Source of the DNA: Trichinella spiralis
Lineage: Eukaryota
Direction: 5' to 3'
Length of the DNA stretch: 64,000 bases
Assembly (NCBI RefSeq): GCF_000181795.1
Contig: NW_003526944.1
Location: forward strand, 5,300,913-5,364,912
The position numbers and the translations under genes were made by a program. Every line of letters starts with the position of its first letter. Position 1 is the first letter of the stretch. Under the pieces are notes generated by a model that was not told the origin of the DNA, did not search any database, and saw only the letters and a list, made by a program, of their open reading frames with translations. Of this stretch, positions 1 through 14,129 are shown in pieces.

Positions 1-113
1 AATACATTTTCACTTAAAAAATTTAAATTATTTCCATTGTAAATAATTGCATATATAACTAAAAATGCCTTTTTTTTTTTCAGTTACGGTGACATGGCTG
101 CCAGAGGACGATG
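1..113 (+). repeat. Error-rich copy of 4713-4819 (Shal intron end plus exon start) abutting gap 114-123
   Basis: Direct match with several single-base indels, typical of a low-quality contig end. Confidence 0.85.
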
Positions 114-3100
114 NNNNNNNNNNTTCACCAACCATCACTTTTCGTTAGCTTTTCAATTCATCTACTTGCTGCAGATAATGGCTAAATATAATTTTCCGTG
201 TAATTCACATCTCATTATTTGCGCTGGTTGCTTTTGTTCACAATGAAAAAGAAATTCACAAAGTCAAAACCACTCTGAATAATAAAAATCCAAAAACTAT
301 ACCTATTGAATACCTTTTTGTAAAACGGTTGCAATATGCAAATCCAACAGATATTGGAATTTTCTTCTTCCGTTACACTATAGATAATGTGAAAGTTCTG
401 AAGTTGCTTTTTTGCAAGTGAAAAACCAAAACATTTTATTAAAATGAAGTGAAATTTATCAAACGATTGTAAAGTACACACGAACATAAAATTTGAATGT
501 CTGTTTTTTTCTGAACAGTGCTGATTGATATTTACCAAAGAAAAAGAATAATATTCTTATTCATTTATTATTATAAATATTATTGTGAAAAAGTACATTG
601 CAATATATACATATATATGTCGACGTGCATACTTTGAAATGATAGATAACATCTGGAAATGTATTGAATATTCAAAATATTTTTCCAACCAACTAATAAT
701 ATGTATATTCTGCAGTTGAAATAATTTTTCATCTTATCAACTAAGTTAAGTAGCATAGTGATGAAGAATTGTTTAAGCGAGCTGATTCAATTCAATCAAC
801 TTCTCACCTGGAATTATTATTGAAACAAATGTTCATCAAGAAAACCAAAATTCAAAATTATATACTGAAATAAAGTGAATTTGTTTTTTTTACAAATAGA
901 AGAGTTGAAAGATAAAAAAAATCATATCATTTCAAGACAATAAAGCATAAAGGTAGATTGTAAAAAATTTCCCCATGCTCTTATCTGATTTTAGAGTTTT
1001 TCTCAACTTCAGTGTCATCTTTATGCTTGGAAAACAAAGCGAAAGAGAGAGACAGAGAGAGCAGCAATTGTTTACCAGTAAATTAGCTATTTTTGACTGC
1101 GATTATGAGTAATTTAATCTTGCTTTGCTGGGTAGAGAGAACCAGCTAGCTAGCTGGCTAGCTGACGCTTCTAGAATCATCCTCAGAATCCAGAAATTAG
1201 CAAATGATAAAAATATCCAAACCAGCTTCCGTCAGTTAGACGCATTGTTGCTGTCAGCTCGACGGCAGAGTAATAATTTTTTTTTGCCCATGGATCGCAG
1301 TATTCAATCAATCACATTTGAAATCACTTTGCACAATATCTCGCAGACTCGCGTACAAAAAAAATTAAGAATAATCATCGTCAAGCTTTCGATGTAGCTA
1401 ATTTTTGAAAGCAACTCATATTTTAACTTTTTTTTGAAAGATTGTTTCAAAATCAAGTGTTTTTTTTACTTTTAAGTTTTTTCTGCTAAAATAATGCCAC
1501 CAAATTGATTAGATCAATTATGCTTTTAAATCAAGACTGATCACTTCAGATTTTACACATTTCAAAGCAGCAGTGTTTGAAAACTGTTTAATGATTTTCT
1601 CTTTTTGCAAATAAAATTTTAACTTTTCAAAACGAACATTTGTGATTGAATGAATGAATGAACAAAGTAAACAAAACTGATAAGACGTATAAATGGATAA
1701 ATAGACAGACAGATGAGTGGATGGATTTATTCATATTTGTTGTGTTTTAATAAATATTTTATCTTATTTACTCTTTATACACTGAAGTTCAGTTCAGTAC
1801 AGAGCTGTCAAGTGAAATTAGTCTGAACCACCACCAACCGAAGAAAGCTTAGCAGAAGATTTGCAGATCGGTTGATAATCTTCTCTAAGTGTGCAGTGTG
1901 TGTGTGTGTGACTCACGTTCAACGTCAATCATTAAGTTTGCATTTTTATCACAACAAATTGGACGTTTTCTAGCAATGTCAAATAATATTTTCGCCAAAG
2001 TTAATTACTCTCAGCTGGCTTTGCTTTCTTCGGATCAATGAAAAATTAGCCATTTTTACTGTTTCACTCAAAAAACAACCTTTATAAAAAGGCAAAAACT
2101 CATTTTGAAATAAACATTAAACTAAATTATTAAATTATAAATGTTGTTTTTCACTATTAATTTTTATTGTTTTCATTGTTTTCTGCTTCAAACACAAGTT
2201 ATACTTTACATATGCTGTTTGTATAATAAAATAAATTGGTATCTCATACCAGAACCAACACAAAAAGAACATAATAATAATTATGAATACAATCGTTTGA
2301 AAAAGGATCGATTTTTCCCTTAGGATGTTGCTTAGCAAAAAGCTGGGTTTTTTGCAAGCTGTCACGAAAGGTATGAGAAGAGAGAATTGAAACAAACAGA
2401 CCACACACAGATAGCATTGAATTTCAAGATAATTATCAAAAAATAGTATTGCTAATTACAATACTCTCATTTTTAGGTGCATAATTATTTTGAAAGCTTT
2501 TTGATAATAATTTTAATTATATGCCTGTGAAATAACTTCTCTTTTGCAATGTACCAATTTTGAGAAACTAACAATCAGAAAAAATTATTTCTCAGTAATC
2601 GAAATTCTGCTAAATCCATTTTTTCTCTATTTTTGAACTATATTAAAACTACATTAAAAGTTTTTTCATTAGATTAATTGTTCATCATTGGAATATATTC
2701 GTTGACTTTCAGTACACTATCTGTCTGACAGCATTGTAAGGCAGCAACTGTCTTTGTAAAGTATACAAGAAAAGAAGGCACTATGAACATTAGTTTCATC
2801 ATTGCAATTTCTGTTTAAATCACTTCCGTCTTTCATTTTTCTTTATTTCCGTATTTCACAATTACATCCAACTATCAATCAAGCGAACATTCGCTATGGT
2901 TGCTTAAATTTGAAAAAAAATTCATCTCCATTCACACAGATAGATATAGACAGATATATGTGTTGGTCATTGTAAACTAGCTTCTTCTTCTTTTCATTAC
3001 TTTTATTCAAGCTTTTTATTTTCTATTAGCAATGCTTTTAAAATAAAACTAGCTATATTCTGAAAAGAAGAACATTACGCTGGTAAGTCGTCAAAGATTT

Positions 3101-3494
3101 GCTAACAACGGCTAGAAATTTTCTTAAATTTCTTAATCAAAGAAATTTAAGAAGAATAAAAACCAAATGAGCACTTTCTCTATGCTGAATGAACACTATC
3201 ACAGGAGAAGTAATTGAATTGTAAAATTTTTTCGCGTTGGTGAATATTACTTTAAAATAAAATTTTCACTTTCTCTATTTTTCAATCATTATTAATTTAT
3301 AATTTGAAATTGAATTCCTGGAAATGAAATTGAATTAACAAATGAAATAAATTTAAATATACCCATCGCGCGTACGTGATAATCTGACGCTTCTCAGAAG
3401 AGTATTATTGTATTTGCATTAGCAATGGTTGTCTGCTTGTTTCGACACATTATTTTCGGGAAATTTTTTAATTTCAATTAATTTATTTTTTCAA

Positions 3495-3521
3495 ATTCAA
3501 TTCAATTCAATTCAATTCAAT
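3495..3521. repeat. (AATTC)n pentanucleotide microsatellite in the Shal intron
   Basis: About 5 tandem AATTC units seen directly. Confidence 0.8.
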
Positions 3522-4791
3522 TTCGTTTCACTTGTAAATAATGAAAAATAAATTTTCGTATGAAATCAAATTTCAGCTATTAAACGAAAAATAAATTGCA
3601 ATCATTCAAATTGTCAAAATTAACTGATGTTGAAATAAATGTTTAAAAGTTAAAAAATGTGAAATCAAAAAAAATGAAAAATACATGTGATTCTTGAGAT
3701 GCAAATAATAGAAGCACATTTTTAAATTAGAAAAACGATTAAGATGGTTGTCCAACATTGATCAGCTGTTGTGTTGGATATTCTTAGAAATCACAAGTGC
3801 AAAGTTAAAATTGCAAATAGTGAACACTTGTGTCAACAACCTTTTCGCGTCTAAATTGATCAAATATGACACCAGAGGAGTTTCATGATGATCATAAAAA
3901 AGTTCTCTGTTATCAAAGTGAAATAATAAAAAAAGAAAAGGCAGCTAACAATGACCAGACAAAAAACTGAGCATCTTCTCAACAGTAGCCACTACAATAA
4001 TAATAGTATTCAGTATGATGCAATCGTTGATTTTTAAGTTTTCTTTTTTTGAATTAAAATTGAAAAATTACACCAATCAATTGAAAACGGCCACTTGATA
4101 GTAAACGTTACTTACTGTATCTTTAGAAATAATGCACACATGTGTTTTTTAAACTGAAATTTTGCGTTGTTGTTTTTTGTTCAAAATTTACATTACTCTG
4201 CAAAAGAATTTGACAAATTTTTTTTATCACATACATGTACTGAAACAACTGACGTGAAATATTTCATCGTAAAAAAACGCTTTTATTATGCATACTGAAG
4301 ACAGCTCTTCTCCCTAGCTCTCTTGTCTCGATGATGTAACAATAAATAATAATAATCATAATGCTGGATGACGTTTTGACACTGAATAATGGCTGTTGAA
4401 CATTTTTTGAAATAAATCGTCATCAATTGCAACCACTGCTAATTTCTATTTTACAAAAATTACGTGACTTCAACCTAAAATACTGCTTGCATAACCATTT
4501 TGAAAATTAATCCAAAAACATTCGATTGCCAATGCAAATCTTTTGTTTGTTCAATTCTCACATCGATTCATCATCTATTCGTATTACAGCTATAAATTTA
4601 TAAAGTTTTCTGCAATACACAAATCGGTATGTTGCTACATATGTAAAAGTGTTTAACCATAATATTACATTTGAAAATTTCAATATTCACATATCTTATT
4701 TTCAAAATGAAAAATACATTTTTACTTAAAAAATTTAAATTATTCCATTGTAAATAATTGCATATATAATAAAATGCTTTTTGTTTTTCAG

Positions 4792-6128
4792 TTACGGTGA
4801 CATGGTGCCAGAGACGATGATCGGTAAAGTAGTTGGAGGTGTTTGCTCCCTCAGTGGTGTATTAGTCATAGCTCTACCAGTTCCGGTGATAGTATCGAAC
4901 TTTAGCAGAATTTATCATCAAAATCAACGCGCAGACAAACGTCGAGCACAGAAAGTTTGTTTCATGATAATTAAGAAAATATATGCATAAATAAGTAAAT
5001 AATTTCATTTTCAATTTTAAGAAATTGAGAATGGCAAGAATTCAAATTGTAAAACGCGCATCTGGCCAAGCTCTTGCACACAAGAAAAGAGCCAACGAAG
5101 CCCGACTGCGTGAATTTGAGCTCGGCCATCTTAAAAGTGACGATCTCGGTCCAGATGATATCTGCGGAATTCAGTATCAATACTTGCTCAAATGCCTCGA
5201 GCGAGTTACAGTAAGTAAATAAAAAATTGATTCAATAATTTGAAATTGTCATTTTTAAAAATAACCACATGATAACATCCAAATATCAATAACAAATAAT
5301 GATATCATGTCCAAATGTCAACTTATGATGCGCCATGTCATAAATGAATTGTATAAGCCAACTTTTCAAAAAGTTTCTTTCTTTATTTTTTTTGATCGTA
5401 TACAATAGGAACGTCGCATCACCAATTCTGAGTCGAATCAAACTCAGGATGCAACGTTGGCATTCTGCAGCATTTCGTCCAGTCCGTATCCGCTGTCAAG
5501 GGATTCAAGCTTCGACACCGAAGACAATAACACATCCACCGGTCGAGCTTTGTCAGCCTGTTTACGTTGGCTATCGCGACGACGTAAAGTAATTTTTTTC
5601 TTTATTTATTAAAATAATATTAAAATGAATGGAAGAGTAAGTCATTGTATTTATTTATTTCTTTTCTTGATCATTATCTTCTTGGAGGAACGATGCGCAT
5701 CCGGTAAAGAAGAGTCGGGACAGAATTTTTCCAAATTTCACTTATCAGCCGAGAAAACATTGGAAACTGGCGGTCAGTCTGCGGCATCTGACCAGCTTAC
5801 TTTAATTCCATTGGACAAAACCCAGGTAGGACACTCGCAGTATCTGACCCCCTGATGGAGCAGCGTTTTTGAAAACGAAAACCTGGACTTACTTACCTGG
5901 TGCGAATCTGATTTTTAGGATTACAGAGATCCTAACGTCGATAGCTCTAGGTCAGAAACGTTGGCACCAGTTACGGATATGATTAAAGATGATGAACCAT
6001 ATCAACAGCAACAGCGACAGCAACAGCAACAACAAAGGTTGACTCGTTTTCGATTTATCGACGAAAATCGATCAAGCAATCAAGAAATTTTTGGCAATTC
6101 TGCCTCTGACCAAACTTCCACACCCTAG
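4792..6128 (+). CDS. Shal: Voltage-gated K+ channel Shal/Kv4, 3' exons (pore end, S6, C-terminal tail). Predicted exons 4792-4954, 5022-5210, 5409-5588, 5688-5825, 5919-6128; 5' exons lie upstream of the window
   Basis: (G)[54 protein letters not shown] is the Kv4 pore/S6 signature, followed by [15 protein letters not shown] junctions keep frame to TAG at 6126-6128. The last three exons are less certain. Confidence 0.9.
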
Positions 6129-8911
6129 CTACATGTCGAACAAAAAGCAAACATACATGCATACAACATGTTTTATAAAAATAAGCCTATTGATTGATTA
6201 ATTTCCACCTGAAAATTATTCTAATAATTCCAATACAAGTCATACAGTGAAAAAACTATACACTACAACCGACTGTCTTATGAACTGATATTGTTTTTCA
6301 AAAATAAGACAAATACACAATAATCACACATTGTGGACAGTCAAAAATTGTCCGTTTGACTACACTATCCACGTCTGCACTTTTATTTTAAAAAATCTTA
6401 TTTGCATTTTAGCTTTTCATAATTGATTCAAAAAAAAATTAAATGAAATATAACTTTGTCCCAAAAATATCCCTTCTCAGGAAAATGCTGCTTTTCTTTT
6501 AATTTTTAATAACAAAAAATAACATTTTCAAATCAATATTTGAAAAGTAGAATTTTTGAAATTTTTTTGAAATTTGAGTATTTTTACAAAACAAAAAAGT
6601 ATCACAAAATATTTTTTTTGAAAAACCGATTCATGATGATGTTATTAATTAACAGTTTTTATTGTGTCAGAATGATGAAAAATTCAATGAAACAGTTCTT
6701 CAGCGAATAAGCAGCATAAATTGTACGATCAATATTGAAAAGTCAATAAATTATATGAAAAAAATTAATTTCATTCTTCTGATTTTTTATTGAGAAATAG
6801 TGACGTCATTGGTATTCTATTTTCCTTTGCTCAAAAATTAAAATTATTTAATGTGTCTGTCATATTGTTAAAGACTGATTTGAATTTAACATTTCCCAGC
6901 TTATCAATCCACTCACTACGTTGATCAATGAATGAAAGTCATTCAAGTAAGCAACCAAGCAAACAAACAAACAAACATTGTTGCTCAGTCAGAATTAAAC
7001 AGATACTATTTCATATAATAAAATTATTCTTAATGCAAAATTAAAATTAAAATTTTATGAAAGAAAAATTGAACAGATTTCTGACAGTTTATTGTATGCA
7101 GGCTTTGCTTACTGATTTGTTAATTTTACATTTTCAAAATAATAAAAAAAACAAAAGAATAAAATAAAGTATTACAAAAATGAAAATTATCAAAGAATGC
7201 AATAAACACTTGAAAACGAACAATGAAAATGTTTGCTTGATTTTTCAATTTCGTTAAGTTTAAAAGTAATTTAAAATTAATATTCAGTTTACATAAAAAT
7301 GGAGATTTCTTCAATAATTGATAATTAATTATCTATTCGTACATCCGTAGATACAATAAGCGGTATAAGACATGTGAAAATTTGAATACAATTTGAATAC
7401 AATGTAACTTTTCATACGTCTAACAGTAGGAAATCTCAGCATTGGAATTGAGAATTGCAGTTGATTAAGATAATTTCCTTTTACTTTCTCACCTCCTGAT
7501 AACCTTTACAATAAAAATCTGAATAATTTCACAATATCAAGGGATAATTTTATACTAGTATATGAAATTAACATTTTATTCGAATTTTTGATTTTGTATT
7601 TCTGTATTTATATTTTTGCATTTATTTCACAGTAATTCAATTTTGCTCTGCGAATAAAAAAGAAAATATGAACAAGATACGAATAGAATTAAATTTGAAA
7701 ACAAGAACAAAGCAAACAATTGAAATGATCAACGTTGAATGCACGAATGCCAATGTTATTTACTGCAAATCAATTGCATCTGCGTAATTAATTATTGATA
7801 AATTTGAATACAAGAGAAAAGAAAATTTTTTTCAGTCGTACACTAAATAAGTAAATAAATAAATAAATAAAATATATATACAGTGAGAGAGGGAGAGAAA
7901 TGAATCTGTCTCGCTTGCGCTGAGTTCATGCAAAAAATATCTCTGTTTTTAACCAAACAAATGAATTTAAAAAATAAATATACTGTATATAAACATAATT
8001 AACAATTTTAATAAATCACTTCTTATATATGCTGTATGTGACAATCGATTTCATTGCAATTCCACTAAGCGATTTTCTTTTATAAAAGTAGATTATATTT
8101 AAAGAAAAAAAGTGGTGTAAGGGGTGGAGGAGGGCGGTAAAATCTTATAAAGGAAAATTATTGTAAAAAATGATTTTGTTTGATAATTTTCAAAATCACA
8201 GATGTATAATTTTAATAAAAAGTAAAAATCATCAGAAAATTATCCAATTGGAATAGGATTGAATCAATATAGATTTGAGAGTTGTGAAGTTGAAAAAGCA
8301 TAAAAGGATAAGCAGAAGAAGAAGATTTTGTGAGAATATAAAATGACCAATTCAAGTAAGAAATTAAAACGAGAAACCATGGCCGAAGATTGGACGTTGC
8401 AAGCTAGCAACACAGAACGCTGAAAACAAATATAACATGAACACCGCGCACGTAATAGCCTCCGCTATAATTGCCATCATTGACCGGCACGAATCGATTG
8501 ACGCTCCCTGTTCTCTATATACATATGCATATATGCATGTGTACATGCATACACACATCAAGCTAATACTTTTCGCTTCAGTTTCTCTTCAGCTGCTGCT
8601 ATCGTCCATCTAAGCTATCGACTTATTTTACGGGAAAAAATCTTGCTACACTACACTACAATTCTACTTTGAATCTTTGAAAATTTGAAAAATCCGTTCT
8701 CCACCTTTTCAACTCGAAACAACTTTTACTGAATAACCATAGTGTTCTGTTTGTTCTTTACTATTCATTACTATAAGCAACTTTGAAATTCCAATATCTA
8801 CAACTACTCATACACACACCCACATATATATATATAATATTTAACAATTCAATTTTATATATTTATTATCTTATTGGATTTGATTTTCAAGCACACCTAA
8901 CAAAAGCCGTG

Positions 8912-11900
8912 ATGGTCTGCTGGTCGTGCGTGATAGAACGCGGGTTCATCTTCATCTCGTTAGTATATTTTTGCAATCGGTTTGCCTTCAGCCTGAGAGA
9001 ATGCCAACAAGTAAGTTCATCACTTTTATCAGACACTTTAATCACAAACTTATTGATTTTGTTCATTAAAAATGTTCTGTCAACTTTTCCATTTAGCTGT
9101 TCATGATAATAGTCATTCTGGAAATGCATCACTGACATTTGCAATAACAAACTGACAATTCTTCTATTATACGCATTATTGTTCAATTGGTAGTAAAAAA
9201 TAATTTATGCAGGGAATTAATTCTACTTTTGAAAAGCATTCCTTCCCATTTATTGTGAAAGATTTTTTCTCATTTCTGCATTCATGCTTTTTTTTGTCGA
9301 AAACTTAAAATTCACTTTAAAAACAAATTAAATACGAGCTTAACGCATGAAAATTAAAACAACAACAAATAAACATCACAAATGACCACCGTACTTTGGA
9401 AGATTTACGGTATTCAAGATAGATAGTCAAGATCAATTTAATGAAGAGAAAATTTTGAGATCACCTCTTACCTGTTTTAGAGTGATTTTCATTTCGAATA
9501 TACAGAATGCGACAAATTTGGTGGTCGATGGAGAGTTGCCGTTCCTGACGTTGGCACGTGTACTGGTGGGAAACCTCCGGCACCGGTGCGGGGTCGGGAT
9601 TGCTCTTTCTCTTGTCCGCCTGGCACTTTTCTGCATCTACAAAGTCAAAATTGCCAATCCTGCCCGGCTGGCACATACAGTTTAGGAGGAGGAATAAGAT
9701 ATGATGATTTTCTCAACTTACCCAAAGGATTTCGAATAGTGAACGAAATTTCATCGGCAGTTTCGATACAAACTAGTCTGATTGACAGTAATGATAAAGT
9801 TGGAAATGTTGACGATCCATCATTCAGTTGCAATGGGTAAAATATATACATGAAATCATTTGCATACATCTGCAAAATTAACCAAAAGGAAATATTCCAT
9901 TTTTTTAGAACAGGATGGCAAATACGAGGTGGCACTTTGACTTACATACCTAGTCCATGTCTTTCGACACTTTTGTACAATGTAAAATTAGTTCGACCAG
10001 GATTCGTTCGCTACAAATACATCTATCCAGATAGTGGTGTATTTTTAAGTTTCCATGTGAGATGTTGCATTTTCTTTTGTTAATGAAAAAGTAGATATAT
10101 ATATATTCACTTCGACAATCTGCGCTTTAATTTACACAGGTTCAAAATGAGCAATGCTTGAGCGTTAACGACAACACACTTTCCAAACACGCGTTTCCCC
10201 CTACAACAACGGATACCAACTGGAATGAAGAAGAAGTACCATGAATTATTTATTAATATTTGCAATAAATTTATGATTATATCTTTAAGGTCAGTTTATC
10301 CAGCGGTCCAATTCTACTTTCGTGGAAAGCGTTGGTGCTGCACGGTCAGCATAGACCAATTGTGATCAAGAGTATTGAAATTCGAGGTAGATTGATGACA
10401 GAAAATAATAATAAATTCACATCCACAGTTGTGTTGCCATAGGTGTTGCCTATACGCAAGAATGTACACTTTGTCCAAATGGAACTTTCAGTGTTGCCAA
10501 TTCAGGAGTTTGCCAGCCCTGTCAACCGGGCACATATTCCAATGCAGGTGCTTCTTCGTGCTCCCAATGTGACAAACTATCTGAATATTCAGGTAATATG
10601 AACAAGTCAATCAAAAAAATTTCAATCTGAACAAAACCGACAATAAAACAGACGACCGATGAAATGAATTGAAGCAGTATTAAAAGAAGAATAAAAAAAT
10701 TAAAATAAAGTAGAAAGGAGAAGCAAAATGGAAATTGTGAAACGATTATTTTTCAGGTCCTAAAGCAGCGAAATGTCAACTGCGTCCACCGTGTACTGTT
10801 CGTGATTATTATGCCGTGCATAGTGCTTGTGATCGTGAAAAAAAAGTTATAATTCTAAAATATAAAATTACTCGACAATTGATTCACACAACAACAACAA
10901 TTTAAGGCTACAATTAATTATCGTTGGTCAGAACCGAAAATATGTCGGTCCGATTTAGCTGGTGCTGTGCAATTACCTGAATCCCAATTGAATGTCAAAT
11001 GCCCTCCTTGTAATCCTGGAACGTTTCTTCGTGGCGGTCGGTGCAGGATTTGTCCGAAAAATTATTTCTCATCCGGAAATGAAGGTAAAATAGTTTTCTA
11101 AAGAAGAGAGAAAAAAATTTTTTTTTTATTTTTCATCATAAATAAAATCCCACCAACTTTCACATTAACAAATTTGACAGAATGTCAGCTTTGTCCAGCG
11201 AACACACAACCCGATTATCAGTACAGTTTTATATGGTGGAATGAACTTCCTGAAAATGTAACAAGCACATGCCAGACTTTGGAAGGGAATACTTGCGATG
11301 GATCAGAAAGCTGGCTTCCCCTGGGAGATCGAATCAGCACGTCCCACTCAAGACGCGATGATGTATATTTGTCGTTGATTTTGGAAGTTGCTGGCTTTCG
11401 ATCGACTGCCAACAATGACGCACAAACGCCAGTTGGTGTGGTCACTTTCGTATTTCAGACACAATGCATTGGTGATTGTGCATTCTTTTTCGTCGAAGTA
11501 TATATTTAAATTTCACGAATATTACACAATTATATCACATGACACCTACTGTACAGATACCGCAAAGCGTTGGCCGACCTACAATTATAGGAGATTGGAA
11601 TGGAACCGTTTCAAAGAGATCCTTCTCGTACAATATAGCATGTTCACTTTTTGAAATGTTTTTTGAAATGTTCGTTTTTTTTCTCTCAAGATATCAAGTA
11701 CACCGTCCTGAACGTACAGTATTCCAGTGGATTTTTGTCCGCAGTCAACTGAGCACCGAAGAACGAATGCAAAACAGAGATGTGTCTTTTGACGAAGCAT
11801 CGTTGTACGTAATCAATGTAACGAACACAATCAACGGAGGTGCATCACGTTGTCTTCTTTGTCCAGTGCATCAAAATACAAAAGAGTATGGTCTGATTTT

Positions 11901-13720
11901 ATTTTTCTTGCATCATGAATCGAATTCAATAATAATAATATAATCATGCTTTATTGATATTCATTGGATGAATGTAAACAGAGATAAATAAGTATGAAAA
12001 AGTTCCATTTATCCACCTGATCAAATAATTAATATTCAACATTTTAACGAATCACAACAGCAATGGATTTCTTCATACAGAAGAATATAAAATTTTAAAC
12101 GGATTTTCCATTTTTCAAAGGTGCTTGCCCTGTCCACCGGGCCATTTCATCGTCAATGAAAGTGGATCTTGCGCACCATGTCCTGCAGGAACATTTCTAA
12201 ACACCTCTAACAACGTCGGTCCAGAAGCTTGCATTCCCTGTGGTCCGAATTTGCAATCCAGGAAAGGCGTTGAATGTGTCGCCAATTGTAAATTGCAATT
12301 CGACGACAAACAATACGATCTTTCACCACTGAACGGGTAAATGAATCGATCGTTTTGTTGATTTCTAATTTCTAATATTAAAATTTTCAATTTCGACTCG
12401 TTGACTTCCAGAGTGTACGAGGCAAAAAGTTTGGAAATTTTCAGCCGTGATGGTTCGAGATATTTTCATCTGTTCAACGTCAGCATCTGCGGGGCAGTGA
12501 AAGCCACTTGCAAAGATACCGTAGATCAACTCAATCCAGTATGGCTTTTTTCTTCTTCAAATTTTAAAATTTCAATATGAAGACAATTGTTCTGTTTCCA
12601 TTCGACGTAGAACTCAGCACCAATTCCCATACTACACAGTGACGTTTGCAAAGTGACCGTTTTGCCCAGAGAAGCAGATACACTGTTTGCTAACCCGTTA
12701 AGGTGATCATATGATCGTTACAATGGCAACAATAAATAATTAGTGGAACTTACTTACTTGTAAAACGTTTTTCAGCATCGGTGATCGCCTCGTTGGAATT
12801 TCATCATCGCTCCGTTTCGATCAACTGACCATTCCAGAAAATGTCATAGAACAATGTGACATATGAAAATTCATTTTTTTTCTTAAAATATAATAAACGA
12901 ATTAATTAATTAATTAATTTCAGGGCATTTTCCACAAACATTCTTTCTGTACAAATCATTCTCCGTGTCGAGAAGCTGTGCCAACGGCTATTACGCAATA
13001 TTGACGTTCCGTTGTGATCCAGCTTCAAATAGTTCGAAAATTTCTCTACCGTCCACTTGTCCGGACGGTACATGCGATGGATGCTTATATCAGGTGGTGA
13101 TTACATCACGTTTCGCTTGTCCAATCTGTTCGGCTGAAGATTACAAAGAAATTGTTGGCGAATGTGTTAACAATTTGCAAACTATCCATCGTATACCGGC
13201 CAAGTGAGTCAAATGGAAATTATATAGTATACAAAAATAAATTCGCGTAATAAAACTTTATCAGGCATTGTATTCTAATTGGTCAAGATCACACTGAATC
13301 GACAGTGGTAAGCTGTCAGTCCATAAGTGTGCAAGTACAGTTGATAATAGCAGTCGCCACGGCAGTCATTGTTTTCCTTTTCATCACTGTGCTACTGATA
13401 CGTAAAAAGAATCAAAAGTAATAAGCCAAGCCTAATATATATATAAATTTTCCATGTAATTCAATAATTTGCTCGTTGTCAGATTGCAATACAAATACAT
13501 GAAGCTTGTCCAATCAGCGTCAGGAAAAGATGCAGAATTACCTGGTGCAGAAAGCTGTGCTCTAACTGAGGACGAGGATGACACTGCTTCTGCATCGGAT
13601 CGAATTTTGTTCGTCCATGGAAAGGGAAAAAGTCGTACTTCGGGTTGGCTCACTCTAGACCGTAAAAGCACTACAGAAAATGGCTACGAAAGTACCGCTC
13701 TAACCGCTGCCAGTGACTAA
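8912..13720 (+). CDS. ELAPOR: UPF0577 / KIAA1324 (ELAPOR1/2)-like Cys-rich type I membrane protein, multi-exon
   Basis: Signal-peptide-like exon 8912-9010, then SDFHFEYTECDKFGGRWRVAVP, CSFSCPPGTFL..CPAGTYSLGGGIRYDDF and TCPDGTCDGC. TM exon at ~13265-13418, followed by LQYKYMKLVQS..ELPGAESCAL; stop 13718-13720. Confidence 0.92.
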
Positions 13721-14129
13721 ATACCACTGCACAACTGATTCTGCACATCTTAGTGGCAATACTACTTTCCAATCTGTTATTATTATTATTATTATTTTCT
13801 TCCTTTTCTTTGAAAATAATACAACTAAAATTTATTTTGTACTGTCGTTCATTGTTTGAACATTTCATACAAAATCACCTGCCAAAATGTAAATTTTGAA
13901 CGTTTAAACTAAATGTGTAAATACAAATGTCTTTACGTAAAGCATGACCAATTTGAAATAAATCCATGTCCTCAATGGGAAATAAACAAAACAAAAACAG
14001 ATAAACGAATAGAAAAAAAAGTTATCCTGCAATTATTACTTAAAGCACATTTTTTTCCAGTTAATAATAATTATTATTATCATTAGTGAACAGAAAAAAA
14101 TTTACAATATTTAAAATAAAAAGATATTT

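Noticed and set aside
1..113. Mutually exclusive duplicate of the Shal pore exon
   Set aside because: The intron sequence is duplicated too, the copy has frameshifting indels, and it abuts an N gap, so it is a contig-end artefact.
124..8800. Short ORFs in the Shal intron and downstream intergenic DNA (e.g. 215-538, 1125-1397, 2135-2404, 7126-7314)
   Set aside because: AT-biased F/I/L/K-rich composition with no motifs.
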